From Octopus sinensis (Eukaryota): DNA of 64,000 bases. Every line of letters begins with the position of its first letter. Position 1 is the first letter of the stretch. Positions 53,240-64,000 of the stretch are shown here, piece by piece. A program made the position numbers and the translations under genes. Where the stretch lies: positions 174,282,001 to 174,346,000 of the forward strand of contig NC_042998.1 in assembly GCF_006345805.1 (NCBI RefSeq), read 5' to 3'. The notes below the pieces were generated by a model. The model was not told where the DNA came from and searched no databases. It worked only from the letters and a program-made list of their open reading frames with translations.

Positions 53240-53780
53240 CTTTTACTCTTTTACTTGTTTCAGTCATTTGACTGCGGCCATGCTGGAGCACCGCCTTTAA
53301 TCGAGCAACTCGACCCCGGGACTTATTCTTTTGCGTCTTGCAACATTTTCAATAGCGTTTCATTAGTATTTACTCACTTTCCTTTTTCCAAAGTATCAGT
53401 ACTGTTGGTTTCAAATTTTGACACAGGGCCAACAAGTTCGGGGCTACATCGATCCCTGCTCAACTTGTATTTATTTCATTGATCCCGAAAGGATGAATGG
53501 CAAAGTTAACCTCCGCAGAATTGAACTCAGAACGAAATGTCGTTAAGTATTTTGCCCGGCATGCTAACAATTCTGCCAGTTCACAGCCTTCAGACTATTA
53601 GTAATATTGGTAGCTAAATGCTGGGTAAAATGTTTAACGGAACTTCATCCGTCAAGATTGACTTTGCCGTTCATCATCTTGAGGTCGATAAAATAACTAC
53701 CAGTTGAACACTGGAGGCGATGTATTCGACTTACCTTCCCTCGATATTACTGGTCTCATGCCAAACTTTGAAACCAATAT
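53240..53780. mobile_element. Cluster of SINE fragments (families D and C, both orientations)
   Basis: TGTTTCAGTCATTTGACTGCGGCCATGCTGGAGCACCGCC tail, plus family C copies at about 53405-53590 (-) and 53600-53780 (+). Confidence 0.75.
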
Positions 53781-54260
53781 TAGTGGCTAAATATTACTCA
53801 TTAAAAAGTAATATAGAATATGCCTAGACACAAACTCATTTGCATGACCATACATAACTGATAGGTGAAAAATAATAGCAAGTGAATCAATTCAGCGTGG
53901 ATTATAATTAAATAGATAAATAAGCAAATAAATGAAGGTGTCATAATTATGCGCATTTTGTTTCGCTCTATGGATACCATCTCCTATATTTATTTATTCA
54001 TAACACACACTCTATTCATACTCTGCTCTAATAATTATTATACCATGCTAGCTTGGTTGATAAATATTGTTTTAAAAATGTGTATAGCATCGCGTTTACA
54101 AAACTGTTCGACATCTATATAACTGACTGGAAGTAACATTCAGGATTCCTACTATAATTGTGTAAATGAATGTGTGTGTGTGTGTGTGTGTGCGTGTGTT
54201 TGTGCGTGTGTATGTGTGTGTGTGTGTGTACGTGTGCATGTATGTGTTTATTAATATTAA

Positions 54261-54483
54261 TCCTTTAGCATTTAAACAGGTCCTGCCAGGTCGTAATATT
54301 CAATCTGTTTTATATTCAAATTAGCCAGGTCTGGCCTTTCACACCCATCTTACAAAATCATTCTAAAGATAAACAAGCAAACACATCATCGAAATCCTGA
54401 AGCTACGAGATAATGCATAATTTATTCAAAATGATGTGAATAAATAAACATACATTTGACAGAACAATCTGAATGCTAAAGGA
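54261..54483. mobile_element. piggyBac-like MITE
   Basis: TTAA TSDs (54257-54260, 54484-54487) and TIR TCCTTTAGCATT / AATGCTAAAGGA. Confidence 0.85.
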
Positions 54484-54619
54484 TTAAGCCTTTAGTAGAA
54501 TTAATGTTTATTAAACTTTTACAATAGGAGGGATGCCTGGGACCGCCAGCTAGCTTTCGTTTGACTGTCGAACGATAGTAGATCAAAACTTCGAAGTTAC
54601 TGACGGCCCTTCATATATA

Positions 54620-54790
54620 TATTGGGTTGGCAACTAAATTCCCGCCGTTTTTTTAATTTAAATTTTTTAAAGGTTTAATAAAAAATAACAACTAATTAAT
54701 CAATAATGTATTCACCCTTGTTGTTTACAACTTCTTTTCAACGTTCAACAAGATTTTCAATATCTCTTTGCTAGAATTCACCTTGGAAAA
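54620..54790 (-). mobile_element. Mariner 3' end fragment
   Basis: TA-TTGGGTTGGCAACTAA terminus. The minus strand reads ..IENLVER.KEVVNNKGEYIID, a mariner C-terminus. Confidence 0.7.
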
Positions 54791-54799
54791 TGCCACAGT

Positions 54800-55876
54800 T
54801 TATACTAATATTGTTTGAGCGCAATACTCCATTAGAATGATATAATTGGAGCTTTGTGTTCCATAGTGACATATTATACTTTAAAATAATCTGAAATCAC
54901 AGGAGAAATTTTGAAAATGTCCAGAATCCACGAATGTGGTATGCAGTCAAAGGCGTTTTTATAATCAATCCTTGAAGAGCTGAGATTTCTGCGCTTGTTA
55001 TGGCAGTTCTCAAAGATCATGTGATTTATTAGGAGCTGATTTTTGCATCCGTATGAGCCTTGTCTGCATCCTTTTTGTTCAGTGGGAAAGAGGTTATTCT
55101 CTTCCATAAACGTATATGTTTTCTCTATTAGAATAGATGTCAAAATCTTATAGGTAGTAGATAAACATGTTATAGGCCAGTAGATTTTTGGGTCTTTCGT
55201 TTCGTTATTTTGGGGGAGGAGGTAAGTAATACCATTTGCCATCCAATGGGGGTGTTTTTTCCGGGTCTTTCATAATACTATTAAATAGCATTACTAACAT
55301 TTTGAGTGCGGACGAGAGTGATGAGAGCCAGAAATTTGGTACTCTATCAATACCAGGGGATTTCCACTTATGAGCCTTCGTTAGTGCCCTCCTTAGGTCG
55401 GCGATTGAGATGTCTTCCCAAACCTGTTGTTGTAGATTTTTGTAGGCATCTTGGGTGTGTTTAATCCAGTCAGCATTTCCATTGTATAGTTTCTCATCAC
55501 TCCAAATCCCTTTCCAAAAGTTTTCAACTTCTTCCATTAGGGGTAGATTTTCAATGGTTATTTTCTCTTTCCCTATTTCCCTGTAAAATGATTTGGCATT
55601 GGATTTGAACATATTTTGTTTGTAGAATTTGATTCTTTTCTTAAATCTGCGTATTCTCTAAGCTTTTGCTTGAACTTTTTTGTTTCAGTAATTCTTTCGC
55701 TGACATTAGTTCTTCTCTTGTTGAGAGTCCATATTTTCTCACAATCTTCCTGCTTTTTCTTGATCTTACACAATTTCCAGATATTAGCTCAGTTGATATT
55801 GATATCTCCTTTCGCAATAATTCAATTTCATTTTCAATTCTACTCCTCCAGTTTTCGAATTTGGTATTGTTGGCTT
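54800..55876 (-). mobile_element. R4/Dong-like LINE RT fragment
   Basis: WKSPGIDRVPNFWL, GITYLLP, PITCLSTTYK, EQKGC, GCKNQLLIN, IDYKNAFDCIPHSWI. Abuts (ATT)n/(AGT)n at 55878. Confidence 0.92.
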
Positions 55877-55898
55877 TTATTATTATTATTATTATTAT

Positions 55899-55954
<56 letters not shown>

Positions 55955-56077
55955 TCATTATTAGGGTTTGGAGTTGGCAGAATTGTTAGCACTTCGTACA
56001 AATGGCTTTGCGTCATATCGTCCGCCAAGTTCGACTTTGCCTTTCGTCCTTTCAGGATTTATGCCTATTGTAGAAAG

Positions 56078-56130
<53 letters not shown>

Positions 56131-56339
56131 GTTAGTATTTAACTGGGTTTGTACGAGCTTAATCAAACTCTCACTCAAAAACTTCAAGAGACAGGCAGCT
56201 GTATGTTCTAGCAGGCATTATGACTAGGGTGGTTGGTGACTGCCATGTTTTAAAAAAGAATATACCTTGGTGAGAGGGATTTTTGTTATATTTCTGTAGC
56301 TTGGGTTCGTAAGAAGTATTGTTTTAGAAAATATGTTTT

Positions 56340-57300
56340 TGGTAAATATGTGAAAAAGATTGTTTTGGAGTTATATAGACAGTATTTTTCGTAGGATATG
56401 AGCATTCCTCAGGATTACTAATTTCTGGATTGCTTCCACTTTGGGATTTCCTGAGATTTGAAATACGTAATAGTCCGCTCCTTTCGCTATTATTGCTATG
56501 ACATCTACAATAACGAGTACTGTTTTCGTCTTAGTTTCCACATTTTTGCCAATTTGTCTACCAAGATCTTTGCATTTGCTGAACGTTTGGTAGGTCTTGA
56601 CATATATTTTATCAACTGGAACAGTCATATCGATGAGGTGGCATGAATTTCGTCTGAAATCCTTTAATGCAATTTGCATCTCTCTGTCCAGTTTGAACAG
56701 AATAGTCCTATAGGAGTGAGATGTTCTTTTTCAAACACTGGAGCTCTGTTTTATGTCCTCACTAATCTACATGGCGTTGCAAATTCAGACCTTGCAAATT
56801 ACCCAGTGGATACACTGTACAGTTCGATCATGTTTGTTGAGAAACTCTTAGGGCGCAAGAAAGCAACACATGGAGACAATATGATTGATGACTTCAGACT
56901 GTTTTTTACATACTCGGTATGTTGGACTCACGAAGGCGGCGAGCTGGCAGAAACGTTAGCACGCCAGGCAAAATGCTTAGCTGTATTTCATCTGCCGTTA
57001 CGCTCTGAGTTCAAATTCCGCCAAGGTCGACTTTGCCTTTCATCCTTTCGAGGTCGATTAAATAAGTACCAGTTACGCACTGGGATCGATATAATCGACT
57101 TAATTTGTTTGTCCGTCCTTGTTTGTCCCCTCTGTGTTTAGCCCCTTGTGGGTAGTAAAGAAATAGGTATGAGGCCCTTGTGGGTAGTAAAGAAATAGGT
57201 ATGTTGGACTCACGCTGTTCCTTTAAGGTGTTGGCTTTATAGTTTCTTGTAAGTAGACATTGATCCTGGCTTTCTATTACAAACCCTTCTTGTCTCTCAT
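56340..57300 (-). mobile_element. Degenerate R4/Dong-like LINE 3' part interrupted by a SINE
   Basis: LIDMTVP, IQKLVILRNAHILRKILSI and upstream HIVSMCC remnants. Confidence 0.75.
56933..57197 (+). mobile_element. SINE (family C) with duplicated tail
   Basis: GGCGGCGAGCTGGCAGAA...GAGTTCAAATTCC head. TSD GGTATGTTGGACTCACG at 56916-56932 and 57198-57214. The tail GCCC(C)TTGTGGGTAGTAAAGAAATAGG occurs twice. Confidence 0.9.
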
Positions 57301-57744
57301 TTTAAACCAGAGGACGCCAATCACTGATGAGTAAGAGTTGTGTTAATATCAGCATTATTAGTTCTCTCGGAGAATTTCACGTGGAGTAAATTCTGCCATT
57401 TACCAGTAATATTACTTCAGACTACATTTCTCGTGATTTAACGTATTATTATCATTATTAATGTCATCATCATCATCATTAGATAAGGTGATGAGCTGGA
57501 GAATTGTCAACACGCCAGAAAAAAATGCTTAGTGGCATTTCGTTAGTCTTTACGTTCCGAGTTCAAATTCCGATGAAGTAGACTTTGCCTTTCATCCTTT
57601 TGGGGTCTATAAAATAGTTTCAGGCTGAAAGTTTCAGGCCTGGTGCCTATAACAGAAAGTTTTATTATTATTAGAAAGGTCTTAAGTCATATCAAATATA
57701 TGTTTTGTGTATGGTAGTGTATATGCGTATATATACATACACAT

Positions 57745-57930
57745 GTGAAGGTGCGTGGCTTGTTGTTTAGGAAATTCGGCTCACCATCGTGAGTTCGATT
57801 CCCGGCAGCATGCTGTGACCTTGAGCAAGGTACTTTATTTTATGTTGCTCCAATCCACTCAGCTGGCAAAAATGAGTTGTACCTGTGTTTCAAAATGGTC
57901 ATCCATGTCACATTCTGTGTCACGCTGAAT
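57745..57930 (+). mobile_element. SINE family A short variant, 3'-truncated
   Basis: GTGAAGGTGCGTGGCT...GAGTTCGATTCCC...CCACTCAGCTGGCAAAAATGAGTTGTACCTGT. Confidence 0.8.
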
Positions 57931-58099
57931 TCCCCCCCCACACACACACACACGCACACACATTCATACACTCACAGTCACACACACCTACCAACATACA
58001 CTAAAACTCTACTGATCTTAGTCTTAAATTATTATGGATCGTTTTCTTAAATCTCACAGTCTCTCGTAGATTTATCAATAGTTGGTATATTAATTATTA

Positions 58100-60019
58100 T
58101 TAACAGTACCCGTGGAAATTCCACGGTAAATACAAAAGTTTTTAGATGGTTGGAAATTTATATGGAACTATACCAATTAGTGTTTCTTTTGAAACTGAAT
58201 TTCTGTACTATTTTCTTTTTAAAAAATTCAGTTCTGGATAAGGTGGTAACTGAGGGAGGTCAGATGTTCATTTATAAATCTAAGAGTTTCAAAATGATTA
58301 CGGTGAATATTCATGGCACCAGTGTTGAACTTTCGACAAGATGTTACAGTTCTTTTTTTTTTAACTTTCTCTCTCATTTTCATTTTCTAGTCTATCTAGA
58401 ACATGTTCTTTGCTCTTTTGTAAATACTCACTATGTTCTCTTTAATTCATGTTTACCCTTCTTCATGCTGCTGTCTCTCGCACTTTTTCTAGGGTTGCTT
58501 CTCTTTATGTCGTTGCCTACATTGTCTCGTGCTTTCTCTTGTTAATTTACATCATCTATCATCCATATTTTATAAACCAATATCAATTTTCAAGCGAGCA
58601 GACGATGATTAACTGCACTTAAGCGCGAGCATTAAGTGCTGAGCGATAATAAAAAACACTGTTCACTATCTTCACACACCACAGTGACCTTTATGAGGCA
58701 GTGTGCGAAATGACATCGTTGAGTTTACTTCACAAGTTGTGAAAATTTTGTTTCTGTGATCACATATATGCTGCAGTCTGCGATTTTGTCATTGACAGAA
58801 ATTGGAAAAAACAGGCAACGTGAAATTTTGCGCTAAACTTGGGAAGTCTGTTACAGAGACGTTGAGCATTCTTCGGCAAGCTTACGGCGACGACGCAGCA
58901 GAAGAAACCTTCATCTGGAAGAAACCTTCATTTCTGCGACTGAAGAAGGCACGACAGAGCCACCGCAGCTCAATCAAAAGCACGCTCATCATTTCTTTTC
59001 CACATCCGCAATTAGGCATCGAGAATTCGTTCTCACGGCCATATCGACAGTTTCCCTGCCATATTTTGAATCGTTTGAGAAAATACGTACGACGAAAACT
59101 ACCGGATCTGCGGAGCGAGAAGAATTGGATTCTTCACGACAATACACCCTCTCATCTAGCTCTTCACACTCGCCAAAATCAACATGGTATCGCTTTTGCA
59201 CTCGCCCTATTCGCTAGATTTAGCGCCTGCGGACTTCCATCTCTTCCCCAAGATAAAAATGCAGCTCAAAGGTCACCGTTTGAACACCGTTGTCGAGATT
59301 AAAAACGAATCGCAAAAGGTCCTCAACTCACTTACGGAAAACGACTTCCACACTTAGATAAATAAATTAGTTTTTATTAAACATAACAAGTCCGGGAACT
59401 TTTTGATACCACCACGTAAGACTTCTTTCTTCCGTCTACCCATCAATGTATTCGTCAATGTAGATAGATAGATAAAGAGATCGACAGATAGAGGATATAA
59501 TAATTGAATATTAAAATCTTATTCTGTTGTCAGTCACAGTAATATATGACGTTTAAAATTTCCCTCCGCTACACACTTCATATTTCTCTTTACCTCTTAC
59601 TTCAACAAACCTTTTATCCATGTTATTCTCCTCTTCGTGTCGTTATCATTTCTTTCTCTTTCTCTTCACCACTGACATCTATAAATACGTAACAGTATAA
59701 TGCATCGGTTGGCATGGTGTCATTATTCTCTCGCTCTTTATTTCTCTCTCTTTCTTTCTCTCTCTTTATCTGCCTTTCCAAATATATCTGCCCTCCCTCC
59801 TTTCTCTCTATATTTCTTTCACCCTACCACTAGATCATCACTCCTCTGCTAAACATTGTATTTTTAACTCTCTTTCTCTATATCTCTCCCTTCAATTAAC
59901 TTTTTAAACATATTATAACTATTACTTTCCCCTATCTTTCACTCCCTATCTATCCCTTTTTTTCTCTCGCTCTTCGCCTCTTTCTTATCTTACTACGTGA
60001 CAGCATATTAATATATAGA
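58100..60019 (-). mobile_element. Possible non-autonomous Helitron containing the mariner at 58700-59416
   Basis: Minus-strand start A|TCTATATATTAATATG at 60019. Hairpin CCGTGGAA-A-TTCCACGG at 58110-58126, followed by TACTGTTAA (a degenerate form of TACTGCTAG). Confidence 0.5.
58700..59416 (+). mobile_element. Internally deleted mariner transposon
   Basis: VKFCAKLGKS.TET...LRQAYGD, LRKYVRRKLPDL...WILHDNTPSH. 3' end GTCCGGGAACTTTTTGATACCACCACG-TA. Confidence 0.88.
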
Positions 60020-60359
60020 TGCAATACAGCATAATTTGGCAATTTCGGCCGATTTTACCAGTCGATTTCGTACATGAATCTTGGGGAGAACCAACCTTTT
60101 CTTTCATCAGAAGAGCTAGTAGAAAAAGCATAGCACATGCTCTCTGTCACTGTAGCTGAGAAAGTATCACATCCGGTTTGCAGATGCCGTAGAAAACCGA
60201 AACGCCAAAAAACAAAATGTGAGAGACACTGTTATATTTTATTCTTTTTAACCGGCAAAAGTTACAGACGGTTCAAGGACCGGCAGGTTGGTGCATGGCT
60301 GTTTTCAAACTTGCAAAGTTCTATGACCGAAACTCTCGACCCAGAAGTCATTTTATATG

Positions 60360-60750
60360 CATGTAAAAAAGCTTGCTTTTCAACTACACTTTTCTGGGTT
60401 CAGTCCCTCTGCGTGGCACCTTGGGCAAATGCCTTCAAAAATAGCCCCAGGCCGATGAAAGACTTGTGAGTGAATTTGGTAAATGGAAAATGAAAGACAC
60501 CTGTCGTACATGTGTGTGTGTGTGTATCTATGTACGAGTTCCTTTTTGTTTGTGTTTGTACCCAACCAACGCTTGACAACCGTTCTTGGTTTGTTTACAT
60601 ACCCGTAATCCAGCGGTTCGGCAAAAGAGACCCATAGAATAAGTACCAGACTTTCAAAAATAAGTACTAGCATCGATTCGTTCGACTAAAACCCTGAAGG
60701 CGGAGCCCCAGCATGACCGCAGCCGAATAAATAAAACTAACAACGAGTAA
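60360..60750 (+). mobile_element. SINE (family D)
   Basis: Homologous to 35711-36140. Confidence 0.8.
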
Positions 60751-60780
60751 ACGATAAATGATAGTTGTGTGTATATGTGT

Positions 60781-60822
<42 letters not shown>

Positions 60823-60999
60823 TCGTCCTCGTCCTTCTTTTTCTTCTTCTTCTTGTACGATTGTAGCCAGACCAGTCAGTCATGGTTTCTTTACAGCAAT
60901 CTTCTGCAAGTCAGTACCATAAATCACAGGATTCAGTTGACAGGAAAATTTTCCAGGGTATGTTTTTCTTAAACTTCAGTAATCTAATGTTTTGAAAGT

Positions 61000-61600
61000 A
61001 CACGATACTTCAACAATAAAAATTTCCGATATTTAAACTCAAACTAGTATCCATAATTATTTCCATGTAATCACATACACTCTAAAGAACCTTAGTTTAA
61101 CAAAAATAACAAAACGAAGAATATATCAAGTTCCCCATATTCAATGACGGTACTACAAACTAATGTCCGCATATTATTTCCCTACACAAAGAAGTACTTA
61201 AATAAAACAGTCCTCAAAATCAAATTGCATTGGTTTACTTTGAGACAAAAAGAATCTAAGCATCTTCCCGAAATAATTTAAAACAAAAAAATGTAATAAA
61301 CAGAAGTGACTTCACAAATATTATTATACCATACTACATCATGCTGAACACAAATGTCATGTCTATTACAAACAATTTGCCAATAACAAACAATATATGA
61401 AACCGATATCCTAGCCAATGCTTTATTTCGCCTCTCGACAGCACGGAACACACATGTATCATGTTTCAGTGACATTGCTTTCCAATAAAAGATCAGCAAG
61501 ACAAACTGACAACTAAACCAGCTCTTGAAAGCCTTTTATCTCAAGAAAATAAAAAATAGGAAAAAAATCTTGAAAAAACTCTATCAAATATTCAGCAGCA
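61000..61600 (+). mobile_element. Possible degenerate Penelope-like fragment
   Basis: PYSMTV..TN...FP...NKTVLKI remnant, like the region at about 5900-6020. Confidence 0.4.
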
Positions 61601-61654
61601 ACAACAACCTCTAACTTGAGACTGTCCATCTCTTAACTGCTAGTATTGCATATA

Positions 61655-62282
61655 CAGGTGGACCAAAAGTGTGGAGGCGCAATGGCCCAGTGGTTAGGGC
61701 AGCGGACTCGCGGTCATAGGATCGCGGTTTCGATTCCCAGACCGGGCGTTGTGAGTGTTTATTGAGCGAAAACACCTAAAGCTCCACGCAGCTCCGGCAG
61801 GGGATGGTGGTGATCCCTGCTGTACTCTTTCTCTCACTCTTACTTCCTGTTTCTGTTGTACCTGTATTTCAAAGGGCCGGCCTTGTCACTCTCTGTGTCA
61901 CGCTGAATATCCCCGAGAACTACGTTAAGGGTACACGTGTTTGTGGATTGCTCAGCCACTTACACGTTAATTTCACGAGCAGGCTGTTCCGTTGATTCGG
62001 ATCAACCGGAACCCTCGTCGTCGTAACCGACGGAGTGCTTCCATAACCCATAAGGACCAAAAGTAGGTTTACAGTTATCACTTAGGCACTTTAAATTTCT
62101 TTTGAAACATTTTATTACATTTAAATTTCTATCTTACAGACGGAAAAAGGGAGCTTCACAAAATTAACTAAATTAGCATAGAATAATGGATTCATATTTT
62201 ATATAATTAAGTTCTAAATTATTATTATATGAATGCGACAGAGATAGTTGAATAACTGTAAACCTACTTTTGGGCCACCCTA
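61655..62282. mobile_element. Tc1/mariner-type MITE interrupted by a SINE in its left TIR
   Basis: The left TIR CAGGTGGACCAAAAGT//AGGTTTACAGTTAT is reconstituted after removing the SINE. Right TIR is ATAACTGTAAACCTACTTTTGGGCCACCCTA. TA flanks. Confidence 0.85.
61671..62053 (+). mobile_element. tRNA-derived SINE (family A, long variant)
   Basis: Homologue of 167-545. TSD GGACCAAAAGT at 61660-61670 and 62054-62064. Confidence 0.92.
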
Positions 62283-62469
62283 TACTTTCCCCTCCTACCC
62301 GGTACATTCATCACTATGACAATCCAACCAGTATCTATACAATAAATTCTATAGTTTCCTCGGTGGCCACGTTACTGTTTAAAGTGTAATCATCTCAGAC
62401 AAATCAGATATTTCAATCTTTTGTCTCGTATTTCTATATTAGTAGTAGTTATAGTAATATTTTTATTAT

Positions 62470-62684
62470 CAAGATGGCAAGATGACACATTGTTACCGCG
62501 TCGGACAAAATGCTTAACAGCATTTCTTCCAACTCTTTGCGCTCTGAGATCAAATTCCGACGAGTTAATTTTTCCTTTCGTCCTTTCGAGGTCGATAAAA
62601 TAAGTCGCAGGTAAGTACGGGAATGGATGTAATCGACTTGACACTTCTCATCAAATTTCAAGCCCTGTGCCTACAACAGAAACA

Positions 62685-62716
<32 letters not shown>

Positions 62717-63620
62717 GGTACTAAACTGACAGAATCCTTATTGCGACGGAGAAAATGCTTAACGGTAATTTTTCCGGTTCTTTACGTTCTGAGATTAGCT
62801 TTGCATTTTATCCTTTCGAAGTTCATAAAATAAATCCCAGCCAAGTACTGGGTCGGCGTAATTGGCTAAGCCCTACCCTCTAAAAATTTGCTAGCCTTGT
62901 GCCAAAATTTCAGATAATCATTTAATCATTAGAGTGGTAGATTTGCAAAGCTTTTAGATCGTCGGACAAAATAGAATTTAGTTGTCTATTCTACGTTATG
63001 AGTTCAAATATCGCCAATATTATATGTACCTTTTATCATTCTGGGGTCAATAAATGTGAGATACTATGTAAATACTGAGGTTGAAGTAATTGACTAGACC
63101 GTTCCCTTCAAATCTGGTGACCTTGTACCTAACCAACTGCTATATATGGCGGCGAGCTGACAGAATCATTAATAAAAAAAATAAATGCGCACTTTTAAAG
63201 CCTAACCAGGCTCATGGGCCCGGTTTCCATGGCGTATGTGTTCCCCAGCTGGATAGGACTCCAGCCCATCGCAGCGTTACTCATTTTTGCCAGCTGAGTG
63301 GACTGGAGCAACGTGAAACAAATTGTTTTCCTCAAGAACACAACGCGTCGCCTGGTCTAGCAATCGAAACCACAATCTTACGATCATGATGCTGACACCC
63401 GAACCACTAAGCCACGCGCCTCCACGACAGAATCATTAGTATTGGAAAAATACTTTGTGGTATTTCTTTACATTCTAAGTTCAAATTCTGTCGAGTTCAA
63501 CTTTACCTTTTATCATTTTGGGGTGAATAAAATAAAATACCAATTTTATAAAGTACTGGGATCGAGAATATTGACAAAATGCCTTCCCTCAAATCTGCTG
63601 GGCGTGCCTCAATCAGAAAC
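62470..63620 (+). mobile_element. Head-to-tail cluster of four degenerate family C SINEs
   Basis: Repeated AAAATGCTTA..TTCTGAG.TCAAATT..CCTTTC..GTCGATAAAATAA units at about 62470, 62715, 62930 and 63148. The first two are separated by an (ATT)n tail. Confidence 0.75.
63172..63425 (-). mobile_element. tRNA-derived SINE (third tail type) nested in a family C SINE
   Basis: Head and central domain as in families A and B, with a different tail (CTGCGATGG...GGAAACCGGG). TSD GACAGAATCATTA at 63159-63171 and 63426-63438. Confidence 0.88.
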
Positions 63621-64000
63621 AATTGTTATTTAGTCTCATCCTCCCGCCGCTTTCTTTTGGTCAGGGAGGGGAGACAGCAATTATATTTCTGATGATCATA
63701 GTGAGAGAGGTTGTATGGTGGGCGAGATTGAAACGGCTGAAGAGAGGCATTAACCCTCTTTGATAAACTCTCATCAATTTTTCCAAGTGAAACTTGAAAA
63801 TGAATGTCCGAGGCCATAATAGAGAACACTGAACTCGAAACCATGTGGTTCTTCGTCCTTACTTTTTCTACTATTTTAACTCTTTAGCGGTACTTTTAGA
63901 ATTTTTTATATTTTCCACTGAATAAGTTAAAACACAGCCTAGCTCGAGAATCAATTTTAAAAAAATGTTTGTTGGTAATCATGAAGTTTGTCTGAAAGAT

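Noticed and set aside
54545-54585. CGAAA-GCTAGC motif with a hairpin on the minus strand
   Set aside because: The catalytic box and stem I are missing, so it cannot be supported as an HHR.
55616-56227. 203 aa plus-strand ORF
   Set aside because: It is antisense to a Dong-like LINE and runs through trinucleotide repeats giving poly-L, poly-V and poly-I.
60040-60115. CTGATGA...GAAA on the minus strand; other isolated CTGANGA at about 9530, 17711, 47737, 57324 and 63689
   Set aside because: No consistent stems I-III around the core words, which are expected by chance.
61675-61750. tRNA-like sequence (also at 470-545, 14730-14800 and 42990-43065)
   Set aside because: These are SINE heads with A/B boxes continuing into SINE bodies with TSDs, not standalone tRNA genes.
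62470-63620. Regularly spaced repeats that might suggest a CRISPR-like array
   Set aside because: The units are ~200 bp diverged SINE copies in a eukaryotic context, with no identical short repeats, spacers or cas genes.

Overview
AT-rich, microsatellite-dense eukaryotic non-coding DNA. The repeat families look like those of an octopod cephalopod, but that is my recollection and was not checked by search. No intact protein-coding gene is supported. Most ORFs in the track are microsatellite translations or fragments of decayed transposons: an RTE LINE, R4/Dong-like LINEs, Penelope-like elements (PLEs), Tc1/mariner elements, non-autonomous Helitrons, MITEs and many tRNA-derived SINEs. The most notable signal is a set of short hammerhead-ribozyme (HHR)-bearing elements, most of them embedded in (TA)n tracts and several arranged as inverted repeats. 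These include a spacerless ~1.49 kb palindrome (20693-22179), a perfect 136 bp palindrome made of two back-to-back HHRs (27151-27286), an HHR with a compensatory U3-A8 core (26955-26999), a G3 core variant (15692-15742) and several older decayed inverted copies. The architecture fits PLE pseudo-LTR or retrozyme-like mini-elements. All coordinates were read by eye, so boundaries of degenerate elements are approximate.
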